DNA of 57,036 nt, from positions 68,949,257 through 69,006,292 of the forward strand of contig NC_057711.1 in NCBI RefSeq assembly GCF_004010195.1, given 5' to 3'. The translations under genes and the position numbers were made by a program. Numbering within the stretch: position 1 is the first letter of the stretch; each line of letters starts with the position of its first letter. Positions 47,031 through 57,036 of this stretch are shown here, piece after piece. Under the pieces are notes generated by a model. It was given only the letters and a program-made list of their open reading frames with translations, searched no databases and was not told where the DNA came from. The DNA is from Chiloscyllium plagiosum (Eukaryota).

Positions 47031-48329
47031 TGATTTTACTTTGGAAAATTCCATGAGGCTGAGGATTAAAGGTATTTGGAATATTTGCTACAAAATAATT
47101 TTGATGAAGTACACTAGGAAAGTCACCACTTGAAAGCCAAGTAGATTCAACCAATCTTGCTATCATTTGTAAAAGTAACATTTTAGTTAGGAGGTGTTGA
47201 GAAACCCCTACTTGTTTTAAAGTACATTTAACTGTGAATGGGTAACAATTTACAGTGGTGAGAATATAATTTTAATTAGACTTCTTATTCTGACAAAAAC
47301 TTTGCTTGATGTGAAGGCATCTCATAAGCCACGTAGCCACTGGTTACAGCTGCATAGTAAAACCGAACATCTGTGGGTGTTGGTCATAATGGCATAACTC
47401 TCTACTACATAAGAAAATCAGAAGTTTGTTTTCTCTCCTGTCTAGCTTAATGCTCAATCCTTGTTTGGAAAGAAAAGTTGAATATTTCTGCCCACAGTTA
47501 TCTTATTTTCATCTCACTTCAAAGTGAGTACTGCTGTTAATGCTCCATTCAGTATGTTCAACTGGCCATTAATATTGTCACACTGTATTATGTGTGCCAG
47601 GGAGAGGAAGATGTTTTATGCTTAATCATATCAGATGTGATAGTATCAAACTAAGGCTCCTTTTCAAAATGCTAGTTTGCTCAAGTTCACTTTTAATGAT
47701 ACCTTCATTTTTACATTGTTCATGGCCAGGTGAATTGAGGATAAAATCATTTGGCTTTGGAGAGCTTTTAGCAAGAAAATCCCTGCCGAGCATTTGCTCA
47801 TTATAAATAATAATTAATTGATTGAGGCATAGGGCAGTGAGAATTATTGAAAACAGCTGTAACTAATTGAATTGGATGATCAATGCAGAAACTTTATAGG
47901 ACATTCTTTGGGACACAGTAAAATAGACCACACTTTGATCTTTAATCACTATTAACTACAGTAACATGGCTTGGGTTCAAATGTTGTTAGAAATCTGCCA
48001 AAATGGTGATGCCCGCAAGCTTTGAGCTAGATTATACAATGAGAATAATTATGCGAAATTGTGTGTTTCTGTTATACTAAACTGCCAACTTTTCTTGGCC
48101 TGTGCCCCTGTCCTGTAATTGGGGCGGAAGGGCAAAATAAGCCAGTTACTGATCCTAATCACTGTTTGATTGGAAGATGCCAAGTGCCAATATTGGTTGG
48201 GCAGATTGAGCAGTGTTCTGAAGTCTCCACAGCTACCTTGTTGCACTTACCACATGAAGAGCACTTAATCGCAACCTGCTTTCATGTTTCCTGAAGCTTT
48301 GGGACTAATTCCTTCTTGTTATAGTGATA

Positions 48330-48840
48330 TAGTTATACAGCATGGAAACTTTGCTCCAACATGTCGACCAGCTATCCTAAACTGATCTAGACCCATTTGC
48401 CAGCATTTGGCCTATACTCTTCTAAACCCTTCCTATTCGTGCGCCCATCCAGATGCCTTTTAAATATTGAAAACGTTGCCCCTTGGGTCCCTTTTAAATC
48501 TTTCCCCTCTCTCACCTTAAACCTATGCCCTCTAGTTTTGGACATCCCCAACCCTGGGAAAAAGACCTTGTCTATTCACCCCTTCCATAACACTCATGAT
48601 TTTGTAAACCTCTATAAGGTCACATCTCAGTCTCCGATGCTCTTGGTGGGGGAGAGAAGCTCCAGACTATTCAGCCCCCCCATAACTCAAATCCTCCAAT
48701 CCTAGTAACATTGTTGTAAATCTTTTCTGCACACTCTCAAGTTTAGCCACCTCCTTCCCAGAGAAGGGCAACCAGAATTATACGCAGTATTCTAAAAGTG
48801 GCCTCACCCAATGTCCTATAGAGCCACAACATGGCAGTCC
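48330..48840 (-). mobile_element. HER1-type CR1 3' end
   Basis: Homologous to 4820-5365 (ACAGCATGGAAAC...CTCACCTTAAACCTATGCCCTCTAG...GTGGCCTCACC). Confidence 0.88.
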
Positions 48841-49299
48841 TTTAAATTTTTTGCATTGCTGTGCACGCAGATTATTTATCACAAAACTGGACCTGTTTTT
48901 TATCTGTTGGGCTGCTGTATTGCCACCACCTTGAAAGTTTAACGTAATATTGAATAAAGATTCTTTATCCTCCATTTCCAATGACCAAGGCTTTATCTTC
49001 TCTTGAGTCAAAACAATTTAGATTTTAAGTTCTGTGAAAACACTGCATGAAAAAAATTTTCCTCATGTTACTATTGCTGCGTCTGCCGGATGACGTCTGC
49101 GTCAGTCCGTGACCTCTGGCTGTTGATCCTACAACTGATTTATTGCAGTTTCTCCTTGTCCACTGTGGAAAGACCACTCATGATTTTGAACGCCTATATC
49201 AGATTCCCTTGCAACCTTTTTTCAGAAAATGGTCCCAACTTTGCCAACCTGTCTATGTATCTACAGTGCCGCAACCCAAAACTATTCTCATGAATCTTA

Positions 49300-49730
49300 A
49301 AGACACTAAATAGAACTCCCCACAACAGGATTTGTAAGCAAACTTAGAGCTCATGGAATATGGCTACAAAATTTGGCCATGACAGGAAATAATGGTGAAC
49401 AATTGTTTTCTAGGCTGGAGGAAGGTGGAGTTTCCCAGAAATGTTTGACACCTTCTCTTCCTGTTTAATATTAATGATTTAGACTTTAATGTACACAGCA
49501 CAATTTCAAAATTTGGTAATGACATAAACTTGGAAGAATTGTGAATCATGAGCAGAATTGTGTAGAACTTAGGCAAATTGATGAAATAGATGGACAGCTG
49601 GCATTTGATAGGAAGAGTAGAGAGAGACAATATAAAATAGAGGATACGGTTCCAAATGGGGTGCAGAAACATTGGGACAAGTATGTACCTGTGCATGAAC
49701 AATGGAAGCAGGCAGAATAGGTTGAGATTT
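49300..49730 (+). mobile_element. Old CR1 RT fragment
   Basis: ATATTAATGATTTAGAC...CAATTTCAAAATTTGGTAATGACATAAACTTGG (INDLD...ISKFADD-like). Confidence 0.65.
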
Positions 49731-49732
49731 TT

Positions 49733-51345
49733 TTTCATTATTCGGTCATGGAACATGGGTGTCTCTGGCTGGCCAGCGTTTGTTACCTGTGCCTAGATAC
49801 CCTTGAGAAGATAGTGAGCTGCCTTCTTGAGCCGCTTGCAGTCCATCTGCTATAGGTACACCCAAAATGCTTTTATGGGAGGAAATTCCAGGATTTTGAC
49901 CCAGCAACTTTGAAGAAAGGACAATATATTTCAAATCAGAATCGGAAGTGATTTGGCAGAGAACTTGCAAATCGTGGTATTGCTATGTATCTGCTGCCCT
50001 TGTGTTTCTAGAAGAAAATGATCGTGAGTTTGGAAGGTGCTGTCTAAGGATCTTTGCCAGTTTTGCAGAGCGTCTTATAGTGCACACTGTTGCTACGGAG
50101 TATTGATGGTGAATGTGGTGCCAATCAAGTGGGCTGTTTTACCCTGGGAAGTGTCAGCTTTTGGAGTATTGTTGGAGCTGCACCCATCTGGGCAACTGGA
50201 CCTGTGGATCCAGTTAAGGTCAAATCATTTTTTTCAAAAAAATTAATATAACTTGTGTGCTTTTATACTCTGTTGCTATTAATGAAGTCCAAGATGCCAT
50301 ATGCTTTATTAACCACAGTCTCAATCTAAGTTGTCTCCTTCAGTGTTTATGGTGGCGCAAAGGGTGTCAATCACATGGTTTGCTTTGACCTATAGGATGT
50401 AGAATTTCTTGAGGGTTGTTGGAGTTGCATTCATCCAGGCAAGTGGAGAATTTTCCATCATTTGCTTGATTTATGCCTTATAGATGGTGCCCAGGCTTTG
50501 GGAAGTTAGGAAGTGAGTTACTAGCTGTAGACTGTCCAGCAGCTGACTAACTCGTGGAACTAGAGTATTTATTTGGCCAGTTCAGTTGATTATCTCCATA
50601 TAATGTCCTCCCTACTCCAGAATGTTGAAGATGGAGGATTCAACAGTAAAGCTGTCACCAAATGTTAATAGGCAATGGTTAGAGTCTCTCTTTATTGGAG
50701 ATAGTCGTTGTCCAGCAATTGAGCAATGCAGATGCTATTTTCCCCTTGTTGTGAAGACTGAATGTTGACAAAGTTTTGCTGTAAGTAGACATGGACTGCT
50801 TCATTGTCTGTGGAGTTGAACATTTCAAAAATGAGGATGATCACTTATGATTGTGTACTTATTCCAATCGGAAGGTCATTAACGATGAAGCTGAAGGTGT
50901 TCGGCCCAATGACATTGCCTCGAGGTACTCAGTGATGTCCTGTAAATGAGAAAATTGGCTTCCAACAGCCATGACTATCTTCCTTACTGTTAAATCTGAC
51001 TCGAGTCAGTGGTGAATTTTCTCTGATTTCCATTTTTTAAAAACTAAGTGTCTATGATGCCACACTTGGCAAATGCTGCCTTGATTTCCAAGGCAGTCAT
51101 TCTTACTGCATCTCTGGGCCTCAGCTCTTTTGTTCATCCTTGGACCAAGGTTCTGCAATGGCGTCCGGTGCTGAATGCCACATCAGAACCCAAACTGGGC
51201 ATCATTGAGCAAGTTACTAAGTACCAATTGATAGCATTATTGACAGCAGATTTTGTTAATTTGCTAATGATTGAGAGTAGGCTGATAGCACGAATTGAAC
51301 AAATGGCTTTTTTTGAAATACTGCCCACTCTCCAGGTCTATTGCT
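49733..51345 (-). mobile_element. CR1-clade LINE (SINE-partner family), degenerate RT plus 3' end
   Basis: The reverse complement includes GTACCTCGAGGCAATGTCATTGGGCCG ([14 protein letters not shown]) and GAAATCAAGGCAGCATTTGCCAAG (DIKAAFD-like). Its 3' tail is shared with the SINE at 17708. Confidence 0.75.
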
Positions 51346-51479
51346 CTTCTTGACCCCCATTAGGAACTAAGTGTCTGAGAGAGGAGTGGGGCTGGACACC
51401 ACTTAGCCCCAGTGATAACATGGAGTGTAGTTTTGGGGGTGCAAGATGTCTGTTCAGCTGAGGTGGTTGGGTAATTAGT

Positions 51480-51685
51480 TTGTGAAGCTAGTTGTTGCCA
51501 ACAGCATGTTTTCAACTCCCATCATCACCTGAGGTTACTGTGAAGGACTCTCTCTCTCAACCTCTCCCCTCTCCTGAGCTATGGTGGCCCTCAAGTTAAA
51601 TCACCCCCAGTCATCGCTCTCTCATGAAAGAGCAGCTCTGTGAACTGGTAAGACTATGGCGACACAACAACAACAAAAACAACAA
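51480..51685 (+). mobile_element. SINE-like element with (CAA)n tail, family unassigned
   Basis: Body ...CAACCTCTCCCCTCTCCTGAG...GTTAAATCACCCCCAGTC...GGTAAGACTATGGCGAC followed by ACAACAACAACAAAAACAACAA. Confidence 0.45.
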
Positions 51686-52469
51686 GTAATTTTGGGAAGA
51701 GGTGGAACTGATGACCCCATCTGCTTTTTCAGCCACAGCAATGAGGATCACAATCCAACATCTGGGAAGTACTAATCTATAAGATTCTATTCACCTGAAA
51801 GCAGCTTAATTCCTGGATGTAGTTTTGCTTCCACTTGCTATCTTGCACAATGGTTCATCTCGAGCTAAATGATGTTGCATCAGCTAACCTGGTAGTTGGA
51901 TGTTGCCTGTTAAATTTCTAATAGACCTAGTTTGAAAACGACAGTGTTACATAACTTAAAGCTGCTTTAAAGCAAAGAAATAAAAGAAAAATCCTGATGA
52001 AGATTGTATTTTCAGAGGATTCAGGTAGTTATTTTAAACTAAAATGTTCCAAAGTCCACTTTCAGCATTATTTCAAGACTCCTCCATTTAGGTAAGTGTT
52101 ATATAATCAGAACAAGCACTTTCCAGGGTAGCAATGATGACAGCATTTTTGCCATGTGCTTTAATTTTAGAAGAGAGCAGATTGTACATGTATTTACTGT
52201 GTGTATGAACATTCAACACAAAATGACTGACTCGATGAGTTGGTAATCTGATTAGTTCAACCTGTAGTTACTTGCTTATCAGCTACAAGTGTTAGTTAGA
52301 CTTCAGACTTGGCTGTCTGAATGAGACGCATCAGAATTGCCTTTGCTACCTATCCAGACTTAACTGGACGTTGTCTGATCTTTACTTTTTTGTTCTATGT
52401 GGTCAGAATATTGGGTGTTTTTTGAAATGCAGGTAAGGTGGCTGCCATGAAAGACATTTTGTACATGAT

Positions 52470-53025
52470 GTCAGCTGAAAATGTGTTGCTGGAAAAGCGC
52501 AGCAGGTCAGGCAGCATCCAGGGAACAGGAGAATCGACGTTTCGGGCATAAGCCCTTCTTCAGGAATGAGGAAAGTTTGTCCAGCAGGCTAAGATAAAAG
52601 GTAGGGAGGAGGGACTTGGGGGAGGGGCGTCGGAAATGTGATAGGTGGAAAGAGGTCAAGGTGAGGGTGATAGGTCAGACTGGGGTGGGGGGGACACACA
52701 CACACACAGCGAGGGAGGGACACACACACACAGCGTGGGAGGGGTCCGGGTGTCCCAGAGGTGTTCTCTGAAACGCTCCGCAAGTAGGCGGCCTTTCTCC
52801 CCAATATAGAGGAGGCCACATCGGGTGCAGAGGATGCAATAGATGATGTGTGTGGAGGTGCAGGTGAATCTGTGGCGGATATGGAAGTTTCCTTTGGGGC
52901 CTTGGAGGGAGGTGAGGGGGGAGGTGTGGGCGCAAGTCTTGCACCTCCTGCGGTTGCAGGGGAAGGTGCCGGGAGTGGAGGTTGGGTTGGTGGGGGGTGT
53001 GGACCTGACGGAGTCACGGAGGGAG
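52470..53025 (-). mobile_element. Neptune-type PLE, 5'-truncated (Zn-linker + GIY-YIG + pLTR) with 10-bp TSD
   Basis: ORF 52656-53054: GTFPCNRRRCKTCAH...FTCTSTHIIYCILCTRCGLLYIGEKGRLLAERFREH. TGTACATGAT at 52460-52469 and 53026-53035. Confidence 0.93.
52531..52567 (-). ncRNA. Minimal type-I hammerhead motif, apparently intact
   Basis: The reverse complement reads ATTC-CTGAAGA-A-GGGC(TTAT)GCCC-GAAA-CG-TC-GATTC. Confidence 0.78.
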
Positions 53026-53929
53026 TGTACATGATTGCAATTCAAACTAAGCACATGGAATTGATCATTATCAATTGGACATGCTTTATTTGGCTGACTT
53101 GGTCAAGTTGACTGAGTGCAACAAATCACTACTTCTACATTGCTGAAGCCTACAGTTTTCACTTGTGGGGTACATCAAGTTACTTAAAAAAAAGCACAAA
53201 GGAAGACATGCACACACTGAGTTTTTTTCATAAACGCTGTTTTTCTTTTGATTTCATCGACAAACCTGTAAAAGGGTTAACTTACACATGCAAGCAAGCA
53301 TTGAGATTACATGCACATGGCTGTCTTTTTTTTTAAACTCAAACCTATAATTAGCCATGTAGTCTACAGTGTAACACAAACACTAGTTAATTTACCATCT
53401 TCCCCATGTGATACATAAAATGTACGTATGTGGAATTGTAAACTTTTTCACAAAACTTGGATATTCGCTAATCAAATGTACAAAAGGATCACAGATGTGA
53501 TTTATGTCTGTGTGCATACATTTGAAGTTAATTTTTCTTTTAAAGTAGATACTAATTATGATATCCAATTAGTGTCAAGATCAGCTCAATTTCAACCATA
53601 TGCACATGAACAATGTAAACAGAATCCTTTCAATTTGTTTTACATTAGCTTATCATTTATTGTGTATGGTTTTAATTTGCATCCTTGCAGTTTCAAATGA
53701 CCATAAGAAAATCTGGTGGTAAAACTTCTGACATGTTTGGTTAAAGGGTGTCTTGATTTTTCTGTCAGAAATTGGGGTAGAAATTCAACGCAGCTAATTT
53801 TTCTTTTGTTTGGCTCGGATCTATAATTCTCTTGTAAGCTCTGAGCTAATTGTAAACTTGATTCAGTTAGTAACACTTTGGTTCTGAACCAATGTCATGG
53901 TGCCAAGTTGTTTGATTGCATTATGTAAA

Positions 53930-54145
53930 CAAAATCCAGGCAGTAATCCCATTGCAGAATTTAGGGAGTGCTACTCTGTGGGTATTGCATTGGTTGGATG
54001 AGATTTGAATCTGAGGCCCTGTTCAGTGGATGTAAATTTTATTCAGGAATAAGTAGGAATGTTTTCCAGTGCTTGGACCAACATTTGCCTCTCGACCAAT
54101 GCTATTAAACAAGATTTCCTGAGCATTTGTATTTCTGTTATTCAT
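53930..54145 (+). mobile_element. Deu-domain SINE remnant
   Basis: AGGGAGTGCTACTCTGTGGG...GGATGAGATTTGAATCTGAGGCCC; counterpart of 12180-12590. Confidence 0.6.
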
Positions 54146-54765
54146 GGGACAAGGAATATAGGAACGGAAGTAGGCCATTCAGCCCCTCGATTCTATTGCA
54201 CCATTCAGCGAGATTGTGCCTGCTCTTGGTTCATATCCTTTTATAACTTTTGCCTAACAAAGCTTTATCATCTCAGATTTAACAACTGATGTTGCATTCA
54301 CAACAAGTAGAAGAGAGTTCCAAACATCTACCCTTCATGTGTAGAAGTGCTTACTAATATCTCTCCTGAACAGTCTGACCCGAATTCTCAGACTGTACCC
54401 CCTAGTTCTAGAACCCGCTACCAGTAGAACCTGTTTATGTTTACCTACCCTGTCTTTGCTTGTTACTATCTTGAATATCTTCGATTAGATCACCCATTAA
54501 CCTTTTAAATTCTAGAGAAATCAGGGCTAATTTGTATAATCTCTCCTCCTGACATAAACCCTGAAGTCCAGATATCATCTTTGTAAATCTACATTGTGCT
54601 CCCTCCAATGCCAATATATCCTTCCTAAGATGTGGCGCCCAGATCTGCTCACAATACTTCGTGGTTTTGTACAACTGCAGCATATCTTCTGCGTCCTTGT
54701 ATGCCAGTCCTCTAGATATGAAGGCTCACATTCCATTAGTTTTCTTGATTATTTTCTGCACCGTC
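54146..54765 (-). mobile_element. CR1 LINE 3' end
   Basis: ORF 54441-54683 reads YCEQIWAPHLRKDILALEGAQCRFTKMISGL...GDLIE. Confidence 0.88.
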
Positions 54766-55954
54766 CTGAATTCAAACTGTATTTACCTCCAAATCAAACA
54801 CTTAAGAAGGAACTCCATTATTGTGACGTGCTTTAGATTTTCATCTGGTCATAAAAAGTGCCATATAAATCTTCCTGGTATTCTGAAAGTCAGTATTACT
54901 CTGGATTTTAGACTTTTTTTAAAAAAAAAGCAATGAGTTGGATTTGAACAATGTCTTTAATTTTATGTTTTCATTGACCTGATCTGTTTGCTGACCAAAT
55001 TAACGATTAGAATCCAATGGTATATTTTCATCTAAATATATGTTTAACATGCATAATTTATGAAATTACAATTAAGTTGATTTGAGAGAAAACTGTAAGA
55101 ACGTGTATTTAGAGTGTTTAAACTTTTATTTAACCCTTTCACCCCACCTTACTTTTTACAGAGCATAGGCTATACTTTTCTCTGTGACTCTAAATATTGT
55201 TTTGCAATATCGTCACTGCAGGAATGACAGAGTGATTTGTGCATTCTTCAAAGCATCTGCACTTACCAGGACTTTTCTGTCTTAGCTTATACATGCATTT
55301 CCAGTAAATCTGGATGCAGTAAAAAAAAAGGGGCAGAGGTTTCATATCAAATTATCTGCAAAACTTGAATTGGCTGGTGGTTTATCTAAGTTTTAACCAT
55401 ATTTGAAGAAAGGTCGCAAATAGATTATGCTTGAAAAGAGCTAAGTGTTTGTTTCTGTGGACTTTAGCATTCCACACAGGGTGAAACTGTTACTAAGGAC
55501 CAGATTTTCATGCAGGAGTGGGGACTACGAGACCTTTTGAAAATAGCTGATGGGTCTCTAATTTGAATTTCCTATCCCCATCTTTGACTGGTGATATTTA
55601 TGCCAGGTAGGGATTGGGTGGGCAGTGTCAGGATGTGACTCCCAGCTCAGCAGCACCATTTGACCTTGGAGCTAAGTTCAAAGAGATTCCATTTAGCCTC
55701 AAAGAAAGCCCTTATCCTGCAGAATGGGAGTTGCAAAGTTTCAGAGGTCATCAATGCTCTCGTAGGATAGTTGACATCTGTACAAATGTCCAGCTGTTAG
55801 GTTTGTTAAGTGGCCAACTCTTCCAAGATTGAATAAACTGCATGCCTGTGTCTGACAGATAAAATAAATCTTTTCCAATTGTTTCAGTAGCTATCTGTGA
55901 CATGGCACCAAGTGCTATCATTATTGCATTATTAGTGCCCAGTTGATTTCCAGA

Positions 55955-56632
55955 GAAACATCGAATATACGAGCAAAAGTAGGCCATTTTGGCCCTTTGA
56001 GCGTGCAATGCTGTTCAATCTGATTTGGCTGATTATCCAATTCAGTACTCTGTTCCTGCTTCTCACCATACTCCTTGATCTCTTGAACCCTAAGAATTAT
56101 ATCTGACTTGCTTTTGAAAACATTCCTTGATTCAAAAAGCCCACTTTCTGGAGCAGAGAATGCCAGAGGCAGCCACTCTCTGGCAAAGAAATTTCTCCGC
56201 AATTCAGTCCTAAATGACCTACCTCATATCGTTTTACTGTGACCCCTGGTTCTGGATTCCCTGTCATCAGGAAATCCTTCTTGCATTTACTCTGTTTAGT
56301 CCTGTTAGAATTTGTTTATATGAGATCCAATCTCATTCTTTTAAACTCCAGTGTATATACTGATAACTCATCTAGTCTATCTTTGTATGTCAGTCTCACC
56401 ATCCCAGGAATAAATCTGGTAAACATTTGTTGCACTTCCTCTTTGGCAGAACATCCTTCCTCAGATAGAGACCAAGACTACACACAATATTCCAGCTGTG
56501 GCGTCGCTAAGACTTGCACAATTGCAACAAGACATCCTTGCTCTTGTACTCAAATTCTCTCTCTCTGAAGGCCAACATACCATTTGCCGCCTTCACTGCC
56601 TGCTGCACCTGCATGCTTACTTTCAATGAATG
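55955..56632 (-). mobile_element. CR1 LINE 3' end
   Basis: ORF 55921-56202 starts MRRNFF...; 3' tail antisense GAGCAAAAGTAGGCCATTTTGGCCC. Confidence 0.85.
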
Positions 56633-56640
56633 ATTCTGTC

Positions 56641-57036
56641 AAGGTGGCTTGGAAAAGTAAGCTTCAAGGCAAGGGCGTAATTGATATGTGGAGCTTGTTC
56701 AAGGAGCAACAATTGAGTGTCCTTGATAAGTATGTACCCGTCAGGCAGGGAGGAAAGGGTCGTGTGAGGGAGCCGTGGTTTAATAAGGAATTGGAATCCC
56801 TTGTTAAATGGAAGAGGGCGGCCTATGTAAAGATGAGGCGTGAAGGTTCAATTGGGGCGATTAAGAGTTATAAGGTAGCCAGGAAGGACCTGAAGAGAGA
56901 GCTAAAAGCAGCAAGGAGGGGACACGAAAGGTCCTTAGTAGATAGGATTAGGGAAAACCCTAAGGCTTTCTATAGGTATATCAGGAATAAAAGAATGACT
57001 AGGGTAGGAATAGGTACAGTCAAGGATAGTAGTGGG
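56641..57036 (+). mobile_element. Young CR1 LINE ORF2 (between endonuclease and RT), running off the window
   Basis: My translation is open for 132 codons: KVAWKSKLQGKGVIDMWSLFKE...REPWFNKE...RIRENPKAFYRYIRNKRMTRVGIGTVKDSSG, with the CR1 'PW' and 'NPK.F..Y' motifs. Confidence 0.92.

Noticed and set aside
48080..48290. Novel regulatory element or LF-SINE
   Set aside because: It looks like a decayed ancient SINE-type repeat, but I cannot support a family or function from the sequence alone.
52016..52091. 76-nt exon-like unit with a TAG|GTAAGT donor
   Set aside because: Short polypyrimidine tract and an unrecognisable peptide; not distinguishable from background.
52589..53111. Pro-rich and Gly-rich ORFs as host genes
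   Set aside because: They are alternative frames and antisense shadows of the Neptune PLE.

Overview
Eukaryotic, repeat-dense genomic DNA from a cartilaginous fish, most likely an orectolobiform (bamboo-type) shark; this is inferred from recognisable repeat families. The window holds no complete protein-coding gene. A CpG-rich promoter at ~11.0-11.55 kb contains a 31-bp tandem array and a probable + strand first exon (ATG at 11204, reading MASAAAAAAAEVAPVNVNNE, donor GAG|GTGGGT at 11263/11264). About 45 kb of apparent intron follows, with one strong candidate small exon (18184-18229) and a repeat-free, CpG-retaining block at ~28.6-30.0 kb. I could not name the gene. Nearly all ORFs in the supplied track are fragments or antisense shadows of transposons: CR1/HER1 and L2 LINEs, a Tx1-clade LINE 3' end, Penelope-like elements (PLEs) of several families, tRNA- and Deu-type SINEs, two solo LTRs, a Gypsy RT relic and Tigger-like MITEs. 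The most notable structural signal is a set of minimal type-I hammerhead ribozyme cores in the PLE ends. Two short, TSD-flanked, fold-back PLE derivatives (28041-28235 and 42514-42698) carry a hammerhead in a 60-70 bp hairpin, sense to the putative pre-mRNA. PLE hammerheads are a known class, so I do not claim a wholly new system. Boundaries of old repeats are approximate (about +/-30-50 bp). Assembly gaps lie at 19033-19532 and 38831-38910.
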